Shown: piece after piece, positions 17,955 through 26,474 of the stretch
Position numbering within the stretch: position 1 is the stretch's first letter
Layout of the letters: each line of letters begins with the position of its first letter
Assembly (NCBI GenBank): GCA_035293285.1
Contig: DATDOM010000046.1
Span: forward strand, 5,982-69,981
DNA: 64,000 nt
Direction of reading: 5' to 3'
Origin: Candidatus Nanoarchaeia archaeon
Lineage (GTDB): Archaea > Nanobdellota > Nanobdellia > Woesearchaeales > GW2011-AR4
Position numbers and translations under genes: made by a program
The notes under the pieces: generated by a model
Seen by the model: only the letters and a program-made list of their open reading frames with translations
Database searches by the model: none
Told to the model about the DNA's origin: nothing

Positions 17955-18171
17955 CTGAATGTTCCGAGGCAAATTTTAGTGCCAGTCAAAATTTGCCGAG
18001 CGAAATTATTGAAAATTCAAAGAATTTTCCGGTTTAATTTCATCTATCATTGAAAAATAACATTTAAACTGCGGCAATAACGGAAAACATTAAACTAAAC
18101 TCATTAAACCTTTCACAATAATTATTAGAAAAATAAAATTTAAAAAATAAATAAAAATTACAACAAATAAA
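17955..18171 (+). repeat. two-hairpin repeat, long form (copy E3) with AT-rich promoter-like tail
   Basis: CCGAGG, H1 17968-17997, H2 gaaaattc/gaattttc 18011-18029, GGCAATAAC 18073-18081, AACATTAAAC boxes, TTTAAAAAATAA about 25 nt before the ispG ATG. Confidence 0.75.
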
Positions 18172-19248
18172 ATGCTCGAATACAAATCACCGCAAATTCA
18201 AAGAAGAAAATCAAGGAAAGTAAAAGTCGGAAAGATTTTCATAGGAGGCGATGCGCCGATTCCAATCCAGTCGATGACTACAACTGACACAACAGATGCA
18301 AAAGCAACGATTAAGCAGATTCAGGAGCTTGAAGAAGTAGGCTGCGAAATAATCAGGGTTTCTGCGCCTACAATGGAGGCGGCAAAGGCATTAAAGGAAA
18401 TAAGGGCAAACATCAATATTCCTCTTGTTGTGGACATTCATTTTGACTACAGGATTGCGCTTGAAGCAGTAAAATATGTCGACAAAGTCAGGATTAATCC
18501 AGGCAACATCGGAAACCCCGACAAGGTCCAGCAGGTTGTGAATGCGTGCAAGGAATACAAAGTTCCTATAAGGATTGGTGTAAATCTCGGCTCGCTTGAG
18601 CGCGATTTGTTTGAAAAATATGGATATTCTCCGGATGCAATGGTTGAATCGGCGATGCGCCACGTAAAGATTCTTGAAGACCTTGATTTTTATGACACAA
18701 TAGTTTCGTTAAAGGCATCAGACGTTCCAAGGATGGTTTTGGCATACAAATTATTTGCAGAAAAAACAGATTACCCATTGCATCTTGGCGTAACAGAAGC
18801 AGGCTCAAAATTGCCAGGCGCAATAAAATCATCAATGGGTATGGGAATGCTCCTCTCACAGGGAATCGGCGACACAATAAGAGTTTCATTGAGTGAGGAC
18901 CCAAAAGAGGAAGTAAAAGTCGGAAAAAACATTTTAAGGTCGCTTGGATTAAGAAATGACGGCGTGCAGATAACAAGCTGCCCGACCTGCGCAAGGACCC
19001 AGATTGATGTAATAAAGCTTGTTGAAAAAATAGAAAATGCAACTGACAAAATCAAGAAGCCTATTCACGTTGCAATAATGGGATGTGCTGTCAACGGTCC
19101 TGGCGAGTCAAAAAAAGCCGATATAGGGATTGTAGGCGCGCCCGGAAATCACTTGCTTTACAGGGAAGGGAAGATTGTCAAAAGAATTAATGACAATGAG
19201 ATTGAGCAGGTTCTTCTGAATGAGATTAACGAGATTGCAAATAAATAA
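18172..19248 (+). CDS. ispG: 4-hydroxy-3-methylbut-2-enyl diphosphate synthase
   Basis: 358 aa; IQSMTTTDT, SCPTCARTQIDV, MGCAVNGPGES. Confidence 0.95.
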   Translation: MLEYKSPQIQRRKSRKVKVGKIFIGGDAPIPIQSMTTTDTTDAKATIKQIQELEEVGCEIIRVSAPTMEAAKALKEIRANINIPLVVDIHFDYRIALEAVKYVDKVRINPGNIGNPDKVQQVVNACKEYKVPIRIGVNLGSLERDLFEKYGYSPDAMVESAMRHVKILEDLDFYDTIVSLKASDVPRMVLAYKLFAEKTDYPLHLGVTEAGSKLPGAIKSSMGMGMLLSQGIGDTIRVSLSEDPKEEVKVGKNILRSLGLRNDGVQITSCPTCARTQIDVIKLVEKIENATDKIKKPIHVAIMGCAVNGPGESKKADIGIVGAPGNHLLYREGKIVKRINDNEIEQVLLNEINEIANK

Positions 19249-19251
19249 AAT

Positions 19252-19413
19252 ATGAAAAAGCAATATAAAACTATAAGTATTAATAGATATTTTATAATAG
19301 TATTAATCGTAGTGCTTATTGTTGGATTCAAATTTGGTTGGGTTATTGGTATAATGTTTGCAGCTATTCTGGGATTTTTATACAAAATAATTGAGAATTC
19401 AAATAAAAAATAA
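19252..19413 (+). CDS. possible small membrane protein (53 aa)
   Basis: Own translation: MKKQYKTISINRYFIIVLIVVLIVGFKFGWVIGIMFAAILGFLYKIIENSNKK. Starts 3 nt after the ispG stop. Confidence 0.25.
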   Translation: MKKQYKTISINRYFIIVLIVVLIVGFKFGWVIGIMFAAILGFLYKIIENSNKK

Positions 19414-19415
19414 AC

Positions 19416-19727
19416 CTAATTCCTCACGACAACTTTCTTCTTTTTATTCAACGGCTCAATAACCAAAGTATCGAATAAGTCAACAATTTTTTTAACGAAT
19501 GGATTTGCAACATTTAATTTGTACAATTTTGCATTGCCAATGTTTCTTGTGTTTTTTACAATTCCAAGTTCCACAAAATCATCCCAAAGCCTAAATAAAG
19601 TTGTTCTGCCTATGCCTGAGCCTTCTGCTATGTCTGAAATTGAGTAGTCAATCTCTCTCCCTTCTATTAAAAATTCCAGCACCTTGATTTTGGGAGTGTT
19701 AATAAATTTTGTAAAAGCTGTTGCCAT
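19416..19727 (-). CDS. winged-helix transcriptional regulator
   Basis: YSISDIAEGSGIGRTTLFRLWDDFVELGIVKNTRNIGNAKLYKLN; divergent from the methyltransferase-dxr pair. Confidence 0.6.
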   Translation of the reverse strand: MATAFTKFINTPKIKVLEFLIEGREIDYSISDIAEGSGIGRTTLFRLWDDFVELGIVKNTRNIGNAKLYKLNVANPFVKKIVDLFDTLVIEPLNKKKKVVVRN

Positions 19728-19814
19728 ATTAATGACTAAACGAGTAATATTTATATAACTTTGTTAATACTGTTATAAATAAATAACAACTGTATTTTTA
19801 TAAAAACAATAAAA

Positions 19815-20492
19815 ATGAATAAAGTAAATATCTGGGATGAATTAAGCATGCAGTTCGACGGCTATAGGAAAAATCTATTTTACGGCGTTGCAGATAACAT
19901 GTACACTGCATATCCCATAATTCTTGATTATATAAAAAAGAACAAAAAAGGCGTTTCAAAAAAAGTGCTGGAATACGGCTGCGGGACAGGAACATTTTGC
20001 AGAAAGCTTCCCTCATCGGGGTTTGAACCCATAGGAATAGACATCTCGCCAAAAATGATTTCTATTGCAAAAAAACACAATAAAAGTATTCATTTTTTTG
20101 TGGGTGATTCAAAAAAAGCTGTAAAACTTTCTGGAAAAAGAGAGAAATTTGGGTTTGTAGTTGCAATAATGGTTTTTCAGTTTATTGAAGATATAAGAAG
20201 CTGCATTGAGGATTTGTCAAATTGCCTTGAAAAAAATGGCCATATTATTTTTGCTGTGCACAATCCAAAAAAGATGAGGGAAAGAAAAATAACAAATAAA
20301 CTAAAGCTTGAAGACAAGGAAGTTGACATTTATATCAGGAGTTCAAAAGATTATGATAAAATGTTCAATTCTCTTGGATTTAGCAAAAAACTTGAAAAGT
20401 ACCCGAAAACAAGCGAGGAGTTCCTTAAAAAATACACTCAGAAAGATTCTTTAAGAATATCAAAATACATGATTTTGGCTTACAAAAAATGA
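19815..20492 (+). CDS. class I SAM-dependent methyltransferase
   Basis: VLEYGCGTGTFCRKL motif I; its stop overlaps the dxr start (ATGA). Confidence 0.7.
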   Translation: MNKVNIWDELSMQFDGYRKNLFYGVADNMYTAYPIILDYIKKNKKGVSKKVLEYGCGTGTFCRKLPSSGFEPIGIDISPKMISIAKKHNKSIHFFVGDSKKAVKLSGKREKFGFVVAIMVFQFIEDIRSCIEDLSNCLEKNGHIIFAVHNPKKMRERKITNKLKLEDKEVDIYIRSSKDYDKMFNSLGFSKKLEKYPKTSEEFLKKYTQKDSLRISKYMILAYKK

Positions 20493-21655
20493 AACGAATC
20501 TCAATTTTAGGCTCGACAGGCTCAATAGGGACACAGTCCCTTGATGTAATAAGAAAATACCCTGAAAAGTTCAAAGTTGTAGGGCTGACTGCAGGAAATA
20601 ATTCTGAATTATTGATTAAGCAGATAAAGGAATTTAAGCCAAAAGCAGTTGCAATAATGGACAAAAGCAAGGTTGCAGATTTGCTCAATTTCTCCTCATG
20701 CCAGGTTTTTTCAGGAACAGAAGGGCTTAACAAAATTGCGTCATTAAGCGAAGCAGACACTGTGATTAATTCTCTTGTCGGCTCGTCAGGAGTAGAGCCC
20801 ACTTACAGTGCAATAAAAGCCAAGAAAAATATTGCTTTGGCAAACAAGGAAACTTTGGTTGCTGCAGGCTCGGTAATAATGGAAGAGGCAGAAAAAAACA
20901 ATGTAACGGTAATGCCGATTGATTCTGAACACAGCGCAATATTCCAGTGCCTTAACGGCGAAAACAAGAAAGAAGTTGAAAAAATTATAATAACATGCTC
21001 AGGCGGCCCTTTTAAGAATTTTTCAGGTGAAGAGCTAAAAAATGTTACTGCAAAAGATGCATTAAAGCATCCCACCTGGAATATGGGCGCAAAAATAACA
21101 ATTGATTCGTCCACTTTGATGAACAAAGGATTTGAAGTGATTGAAGCCCACTGGCTTTATGGAACAAATTATGACAAAATTGAAGTTGTAATTCATCCGC
21201 AAAGCATAATACACTCGCTTGTAGAGTTCAGGGACAAGTCAGTAATTGCCCAGCTTGGAATTCCGGACATGAGAATACCAATACAATACGCCCTCTCTTA
21301 TCCAGAAAGGCTTGAAAGCAGTTCTGAATCCCTGAGCCTTTCAAAAATAAAATCGCTCGAATTCAAGGAGCCTGATTTTGAAAAATTTCCTTGCCTAAAA
21401 TATGCGTTTGAAGCAGGAAAAACAGGGGGAACAATGCCTTGCGTTATGAATGCAGCAAATGAAATTGCGGTTCACGCTTTCCTAAATGATAAAATCAGCT
21501 ATCTTGACATTGCAATTATAATAAAAAAAATGATGGATGACCATAACCTGATAAAAAATCCAAATTTGCAGGAGATTCTTGAAGTGGACAGAAAAGTGAA
21601 GGAAGAAACAAAAAAAGTAATTGAAAATGGGGAATTTAATCGTCAAAAAAGTTAA
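20489..21655 (+). CDS. dxr: 1-deoxy-D-xylulose-5-phosphate reductoisomerase
   Basis: ILGSTGSIGTQSLDV, LANKETLV, IDSEHSAIFQCL, HPTWNMGAKITIDSSTLMNKG. Confidence 0.95.
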   Translation: MKRISILGSTGSIGTQSLDVIRKYPEKFKVVGLTAGNNSELLIKQIKEFKPKAVAIMDKSKVADLLNFSSCQVFSGTEGLNKIASLSEADTVINSLVGSSGVEPTYSAIKAKKNIALANKETLVAAGSVIMEEAEKNNVTVMPIDSEHSAIFQCLNGENKKEVEKIIITCSGGPFKNFSGEELKNVTAKDALKHPTWNMGAKITIDSSTLMNKGFEVIEAHWLYGTNYDKIEVVIHPQSIIHSLVEFRDKSVIAQLGIPDMRIPIQYALSYPERLESSSESLSLSKIKSLEFKEPDFEKFPCLKYAFEAGKTGGTMPCVMNAANEIAVHAFLNDKISYLDIAIIIKKMMDDHNLIKNPNLQEILEVDRKVKEETKKVIENGEFNRQKS

Positions 21656-21878
21656 TGCAATGTTCCGAGGCAAAATTTTATTGGCAGGAAAAATTTTACC
21701 GAGCGAAACTATTGAAAATTCGAAGAATTTTCCGGTTTTAAACCGATGTGGATTAAAAATAAACTACAGCAATAACGAACGAACATTAATTAATAGCATT
21801 AAACCGACGGCATTGAGATTTTACAATAAGGAAATTTAAAAAATAAAAGACGGAAGAAATGATAAACTAAACCAAAAA
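21651..21878 (+). repeat. two-hairpin repeat, long form (copy E4)
   Basis: Begins at the dxr stop codon (gTTAATGCAATG). H1 21669-21700 (ggcaaaatttt/aaaattttacc), H2 21714-21732, GCAATAAC 21769-21776, GAAATTTAAAAAA upstream of ispDF. Confidence 0.75.
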
Positions 21879-23048
21879 ATGAATTACGCAATCATCGTCG
21901 CAGCAGGAAGCGGCAAAAGGATGGGGAAAAAAGAAAATAAAGTATTTCTTTCATTACAGGACAAACCCATAATTTACCACACAATAAAAAAATTCCAGAA
22001 TTGTAAAATAATAGATGAAATTATAGTAGTCACGAGAAAAGAAGACAAAAAAAAAATAGAGGAAATAAAAAAAAGATTCAGTTTTAAAAAAATCAGTTCA
22101 ATTGTTGAAGGCGGGAAAGAAAGGCAGGATTCTGTTTACAATGGCTTAATGTCGATCAAAAGCGCAAAAGAAGACAACATAATTCTGGTGCATAACGGCT
22201 GCAATCCTTTGGTCAGGGAATCTGAAATTGTTTCCTGCATAAAAGCAGCAGAAGAAAACGGCGCGGCAATTGTCGGATTTCCATTAAAAGACACAATAAA
22301 AAAGGCAAAAAATGAATTTGTTCAGTCTACTTTAAACAGGGAAAATATTTTCCAGGTCCAGACGCCGCAGTGTGTAAGATACGGCCTGTTTCTAAATGCA
22401 TTTAAAAACTTAAAAGCCAAAAAGCTCAAAGTAACCGACGATTCTTCAATGGTTGAAGCGCTTGGCAAAAAAGTCAAAATCGTGCCCTGCTCATATGAAA
22501 ACATCAAGATAACCGCAAAAGAGGATCTGGAAATTGCACATGGAATATTGAATAAAAGCAAATCAAGTGTGTTCAGGACAGGAATGGGGCAGGACAGCCA
22601 CAGGTTTTCAAAAGACAAAAATAAAAAACTTGTTTTGGGCGGTTTTACAATTGATGAAACCGGATTTGATGCAAATTCTGACGGGGATGTAATTCTCCAC
22701 GCACTGTTTAATGCAGTAAGTTCCACAATTGGCGAGCGCTCGCTTGGCTTTTACGCTGATGAAATGTGCAAAAAAGGAATTACTGACAGCAAAGAATATC
22801 TTAAAGTGATTTTGGAAAAAATGAGAAATTCCGGATTTGAATTAAATAATGTAAGCATTGCAATTGAAGCCTCAAAGCCAAGGCTTGAAAAGCACACAAA
22901 AAGCATAAAGGACTCGTTGTCAAAAATATTAAGCCTTGAAAAATCCAAAATAGGAATAAGTTATACTTCAGGCGAAGGCCTTACTGATTTTGGAAAAGGG
23001 CTTGGGATGCAGTGCCTTGCTTATGTAAGCCTTGATGAGTCATCTTAA
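21879..23048 (+). CDS. ispDF: bifunctional IspD/IspF (MEP cytidylyltransferase / MEcPP synthase)
   Basis: N-terminal IIVAAGSGKRMG; C-terminal half RTGMGQDSHRF...GDVILHAL. Confidence 0.95.
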   Translation: MNYAIIVAAGSGKRMGKKENKVFLSLQDKPIIYHTIKKFQNCKIIDEIIVVTRKEDKKKIEEIKKRFSFKKISSIVEGGKERQDSVYNGLMSIKSAKEDNIILVHNGCNPLVRESEIVSCIKAAEENGAAIVGFPLKDTIKKAKNEFVQSTLNRENIFQVQTPQCVRYGLFLNAFKNLKAKKLKVTDDSSMVEALGKKVKIVPCSYENIKITAKEDLEIAHGILNKSKSSVFRTGMGQDSHRFSKDKNKKLVLGGFTIDETGFDANSDGDVILHALFNAVSSTIGERSLGFYADEMCKKGITDSKEYLKVILEKMRNSGFELNNVSIAIEASKPRLEKHTKSIKDSLSKILSLEKSKIGISYTSGEGLTDFGKGLGMQCLAYVSLDESS

Positions 23049-23117
23049 TCCTTTTAAAAACATATAAATGCCTTAAAATCAGCAATATTAATATACCTTC
23101 TGTTATACTCATTCGCT

Positions 23118-23966
23118 ATGGCCATACCATCAAATGCAAAGATAAACCTGTTCTTAAAGATAGGAAAGAGGCAGAAATCAGGCTACCATAACATACAGTC
23201 AGTCATGCAGAAAATTGAACTAAGCGACAACATCACGATAGAACCTCTTACCGAAGACAAGATAGTGATTGAATGCACAAATGCTGACCTTGAAAATGAA
23301 GAGAACCTTGCCTATAAGGCAGCTTCGCTGCTTAAAAAGAAATTCAGGGTAAAGCACGGGGTAAGAATCCACATCGAGAAAAACATCCCTTTTGAGGCAG
23401 GCCTTGGCGGAGGCTCAAGCAATGCAGCAACAGTTCTTTCAAACCTGAACAAGCTCTGGACTTTAAGGCTTAGCGAAAAGCAGCTGATGAACCTCGCTGC
23501 CCAGATAGGCTCAGATGTCCCATTTCTTATAGGGGACGCTCCTGCGCTTGTCGAGGGAATAGGTGACAAGATAAAAAAAATAAACAAGTCTTTTAGCGTC
23601 AACGTCGTTTTGATAAACCCCGGCTTTAGGGTATCAACAAAATGGGCTTATGCAACCTATGACAAAATGAAGCCAAAAATCAAGACAGATGCCAACATCA
23701 AGGAACTAATCAAGGCAATGGAAAGAAAGGACATATCAAAAATTGCTGACAATGTGCATAATGATTTTGATTCAGTCATCACAAAAAAATACAAAGTCCT
23801 CGAGCAGATTAAGACAAACCTTGTCAGAAATGACGCGCTCTCTGCCTCAATTTCAGGCTCAGGCCCCACAGTATTTGGAATTTTTAAGAGCATTTACGAG
23901 GCACGCGAAGCTTTTTTCAAAATCCAGTACGATTATCCTTTCGTTTTCCTGACAAAAACTATATAA
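23118..23966 (+). CDS. ispE: 4-diphosphocytidyl-2-C-methyl-D-erythritol kinase
   Basis: KINLFLKIGKR..., PFEAGLGGGSSNAATVL (GHMP kinase motif). Confidence 0.9.
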   Translation: MAIPSNAKINLFLKIGKRQKSGYHNIQSVMQKIELSDNITIEPLTEDKIVIECTNADLENEENLAYKAASLLKKKFRVKHGVRIHIEKNIPFEAGLGGGSSNAATVLSNLNKLWTLRLSEKQLMNLAAQIGSDVPFLIGDAPALVEGIGDKIKKINKSFSVNVVLINPGFRVSTKWAYATYDKMKPKIKTDANIKELIKAMERKDISKIADNVHNDFDSVITKKYKVLEQIKTNLVRNDALSASISGSGPTVFGIFKSIYEAREAFFKIQYDYPFVFLTKTI

Positions 23967-24018
23967 TTAAGGGCAGAATAACCTGATTCTTAAGCAGTTA
24001 ATAGGGCGCACAGTAAGT

Positions 24019-24211
24019 GTCAATGCCATAAATCGAGGCGAAAATTAGTGCTATTCAATTTTCGCCGAGTGAAAATATTGAAAATTCGCAGAATTTTCCA
24101 GTTGAACGTCATTATGCATTAAAACAATAATAACTAACGACGGCAATAACTGACAACATTAAACTAATAACATTGAAAATTTCACGACAATAAACTAAAT
24201 CACAATAAAAA
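24019..24211 (+). repeat. two-hairpin repeat, long form (copy E5)
   Basis: H1 24037-24066 with compensated stem ggcgaaaatt/aattttcgcc, H2 24080-24098, GGCAATAAC 24142-24150, AACATTAAAC boxes. Confidence 0.75.
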
Positions 24212-25165
24212 GTGAAAAATGAGGAAAAACCAAATAACAAAATGCCAATTATAAAGGTAGCAAAGCACGCAGGATTCTGCTTCGGGGTAAAAAAGGCAAT
24301 TGAGATAGCTGAAGAGGTTGCATCGAAAAACTCAGGGCCGACATATGTCCTTGGCCAGCTTGTTCATAACGAGCGCGTTATAAAGAACCTCGAAGACAAG
24401 GGAATTGTTTTTGTGGACGGGATAAATAAAATACCGCAGAATGCTGTGACTGTCCTAAGGGCGCACGGCGAGCCGGGAACTACTTATGTCTCGCTTGGGC
24501 AAAAGTCAATAGAAAAAGGAAAAAACCTCAATGACGCAACCTGCCCCCTTGTCACTCTTGTTCACAATGTGGCAATCAAGCTAAAGAACTCAGGGTATGA
24601 AGTAATAATTTTCGGAAAGCACGACCATCCTGAGTCAATAGGCACGAGCTTCCATCTCAAAGGAAAGGACACCTTCATTGTAGAGCACCAAGATGATTAT
24701 CAGATAGTGGTTGACTACATCAATAAAAACAATTTTGAAAAAGTTGTAATAATTTCGCAGACAACAATGTCTGTTTATGGTTACAAAGACCTTATCGATA
24801 AAATAAACTCAAAAATACGGAATGCTTTTGTCGAGATTCCGTTAAACCTGCGCGACCTGTCGATAAAGCACGGCTATGTCGACACAATCTGCAACCCGAC
24901 AAAGCAGCGCCAGTCTGACACTGAAGAGATTGCAAAAGAATCCGATGTCGTCATTGTGATTGGCGGGTTAAATTCAAGCAACTCAAAAGAGCTTTACCAT
25001 AAATGCGAGGAGCTCGGAGTCAGGTCTTACTTCATCCAGTCAGCAGAGCAATTGAAAAAAGAGTGGTTTGATTCAATGGAAAAGATAGGAGTGACAGCGG
25101 GCGCATCAACTCCGGATTACCTGATTGATGAAGTTGTTGATAGGATTAAGGAACTTGTTTTTTAG
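24212..25165 (+). CDS. ispH: 4-hydroxy-3-methylbut-2-enyl diphosphate reductase
   Basis: AKHAGFCFGVKKAIE, ...VLGQLVHN.... The track start is GTG; the in-frame ATG at 24242 (MPIIKVAKHAGFCFG) is the more likely start. Confidence 0.9.
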   Translation: MKNEEKPNNKMPIIKVAKHAGFCFGVKKAIEIAEEVASKNSGPTYVLGQLVHNERVIKNLEDKGIVFVDGINKIPQNAVTVLRAHGEPGTTYVSLGQKSIEKGKNLNDATCPLVTLVHNVAIKLKNSGYEVIIFGKHDHPESIGTSFHLKGKDTFIVEHQDDYQIVVDYINKNNFEKVVIISQTTMSVYGYKDLIDKINSKIRNAFVEIPLNLRDLSIKHGYVDTICNPTKQRQSDTEEIAKESDVVIVIGGLNSSNSKELYHKCEELGVRSYFIQSAEQLKKEWFDSMEKIGVTAGASTPDYLIDEVVDRIKELVF

Positions 25166-25200
25166 GTTAAAAATAGAAAATAAGAAAAATAAAAAATTGC

Positions 25201-25656
25201 TTATTCAGCAAAAAATCCCATCCTTTCTGAGTCAAACTTCCATGCTTCCGGTAGTTTTCCCGTTCTTTTATAGTATTTTGCAAGCCTGTTTATCTTTGAT
25301 TCTGCCAAGTGAAGCCCCCTGATTGCAGTCTCGTCCTTCTTGTTTGTTTCCATGTGCTTTTTGACAGCAGCATATTTCTTGAACAGTGCAATAAGGTCTT
25401 CAGGCATCTCTCCTGCAAGCTTTTTCTCTGTGAGTATCTCTGTTATTGATTTTCCGCAAAGCACCTGGACGCTTGGAATGCCGTATGAATCCCTTAGCAT
25501 CAGCCCAATCTGCGACGCTGCCTTTCCCTCCTTTGCAAGCTTCCCTATCAAGAGCTCGACTTTCTTTGAGTCATGCAAAATCCATGAAGGAGATGTCTTT
25601 TTTGCCGGCCTCTTTGAGCCTGATTTTCCGCGTTTTCCCGAATGCATTCTTGCCAT
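25201..25656 (-). CDS. rps15: 30S ribosomal protein uS15 (S13e type)
   Basis: MARMHSGKRGKSGSKRPAKK... Confidence 0.9.
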   Translation of the reverse strand: MARMHSGKRGKSGSKRPAKKTSPSWILHDSKKVELLIGKLAKEGKAASQIGLMLRDSYGIPSVQVLCGKSITEILTEKKLAGEMPEDLIALFKKYAAVKKHMETNKKDETAIRGLHLAESKINRLAKYYKRTGKLPEAWKFDSERMGFFAE

Positions 25657-25965
25657 TTTATTCCTCCGATTTATGTTTTAGTTTTTATTTTGATATATTC
25701 TTAGTTTTTATTTTTTTAGTTTTTTATATTTTATTATTTCGTCCTTCGTTTTTTTTAAATTTCGTTATTGTAAAACCTTAATGCCGTAAGTTTAATGTTA
25801 ATCGTTATTGTTCGTCCGTCAATGCCAGTTCGTCATTGTCGTTGTTATTTATTGTAGTTTTAATGTTTAATGACTTTCAATCGGAAAATTCTTCGAATTT
25901 TCAATATTTTCACTCGGCGAATTTTGACTTACACTAAAATTCGCCTCGATTTATTGCATTAACTC
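25657..25965 (-). repeat. two-hairpin repeat, long form (copy E6, inverted)
   Basis: Read on the minus strand: GTTAATGCAATAAATCGAGG, H1 ggcgaatttt/aaaattcgcc (25916-25945), H2 gaaaattc/gaattttc. The tail carries CATTAAAC boxes and GAAATTTAAAAAAA and leads to the rps15 start. Confidence 0.75.
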
Positions 25966-26098
25966 TAGCGTATTTTATTTCTCTGGAGAAATTGTATTTT
26001 CATCCAGTATAGCCAAGCCGTAACCGAGCTACCTTTACCTATAGGATGAATTGATGGTTTATAAAGGTTATTGTTGAGTTTTTGTATAAAGCTTAGAA

Positions 26099-26419
26099 TT
26101 ATTTTTGCTCAACACCCCAATGAGTAGAGATTACTCCTGGAATCCCTATTTCGATTCCAAAATTTCTTTTAAATTGATCTTTATTTTCAACTATAGATAC
26201 TCCTAATTCAGTAATATTTATTGTGATAAACTCGCCATCAAGAAGTTTTTCACCCTCAATCATGTACATCCTTATCAAATAATTTAAAGCGTTTGTTAGT
26301 TCTTTTTCATTCAACTTTGTGACTTCTAATAGTTTTGATTGTCTAACTTCATCACCTTGTTCTATATCTATATCATAGATGTGACCTAAAACTAAAATTG
26401 CATTTTCTTTGGTTTTCAT
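26099..26419 (-). CDS. hypothetical protein (possible winged-helix fold)
   Basis: 106-aa ORF; the segment LNEKELTNALNYLIRMYMIEGEKL is HTH-like. Confidence 0.3.
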   Translation of the reverse strand: MKTKENAILVLGHIYDIDIEQGDEVRQSKLLEVTKLNEKELTNALNYLIRMYMIEGEKLLDGEFITINITELGVSIVENKDQFKRNFGIEIGIPGVISTHWGVEQK

Positions 26420-26474
26420 CCTAGCCCCAATTACCGAGAATCAACTTACCCCCCACAGATTTCTGGTCGTCAAC

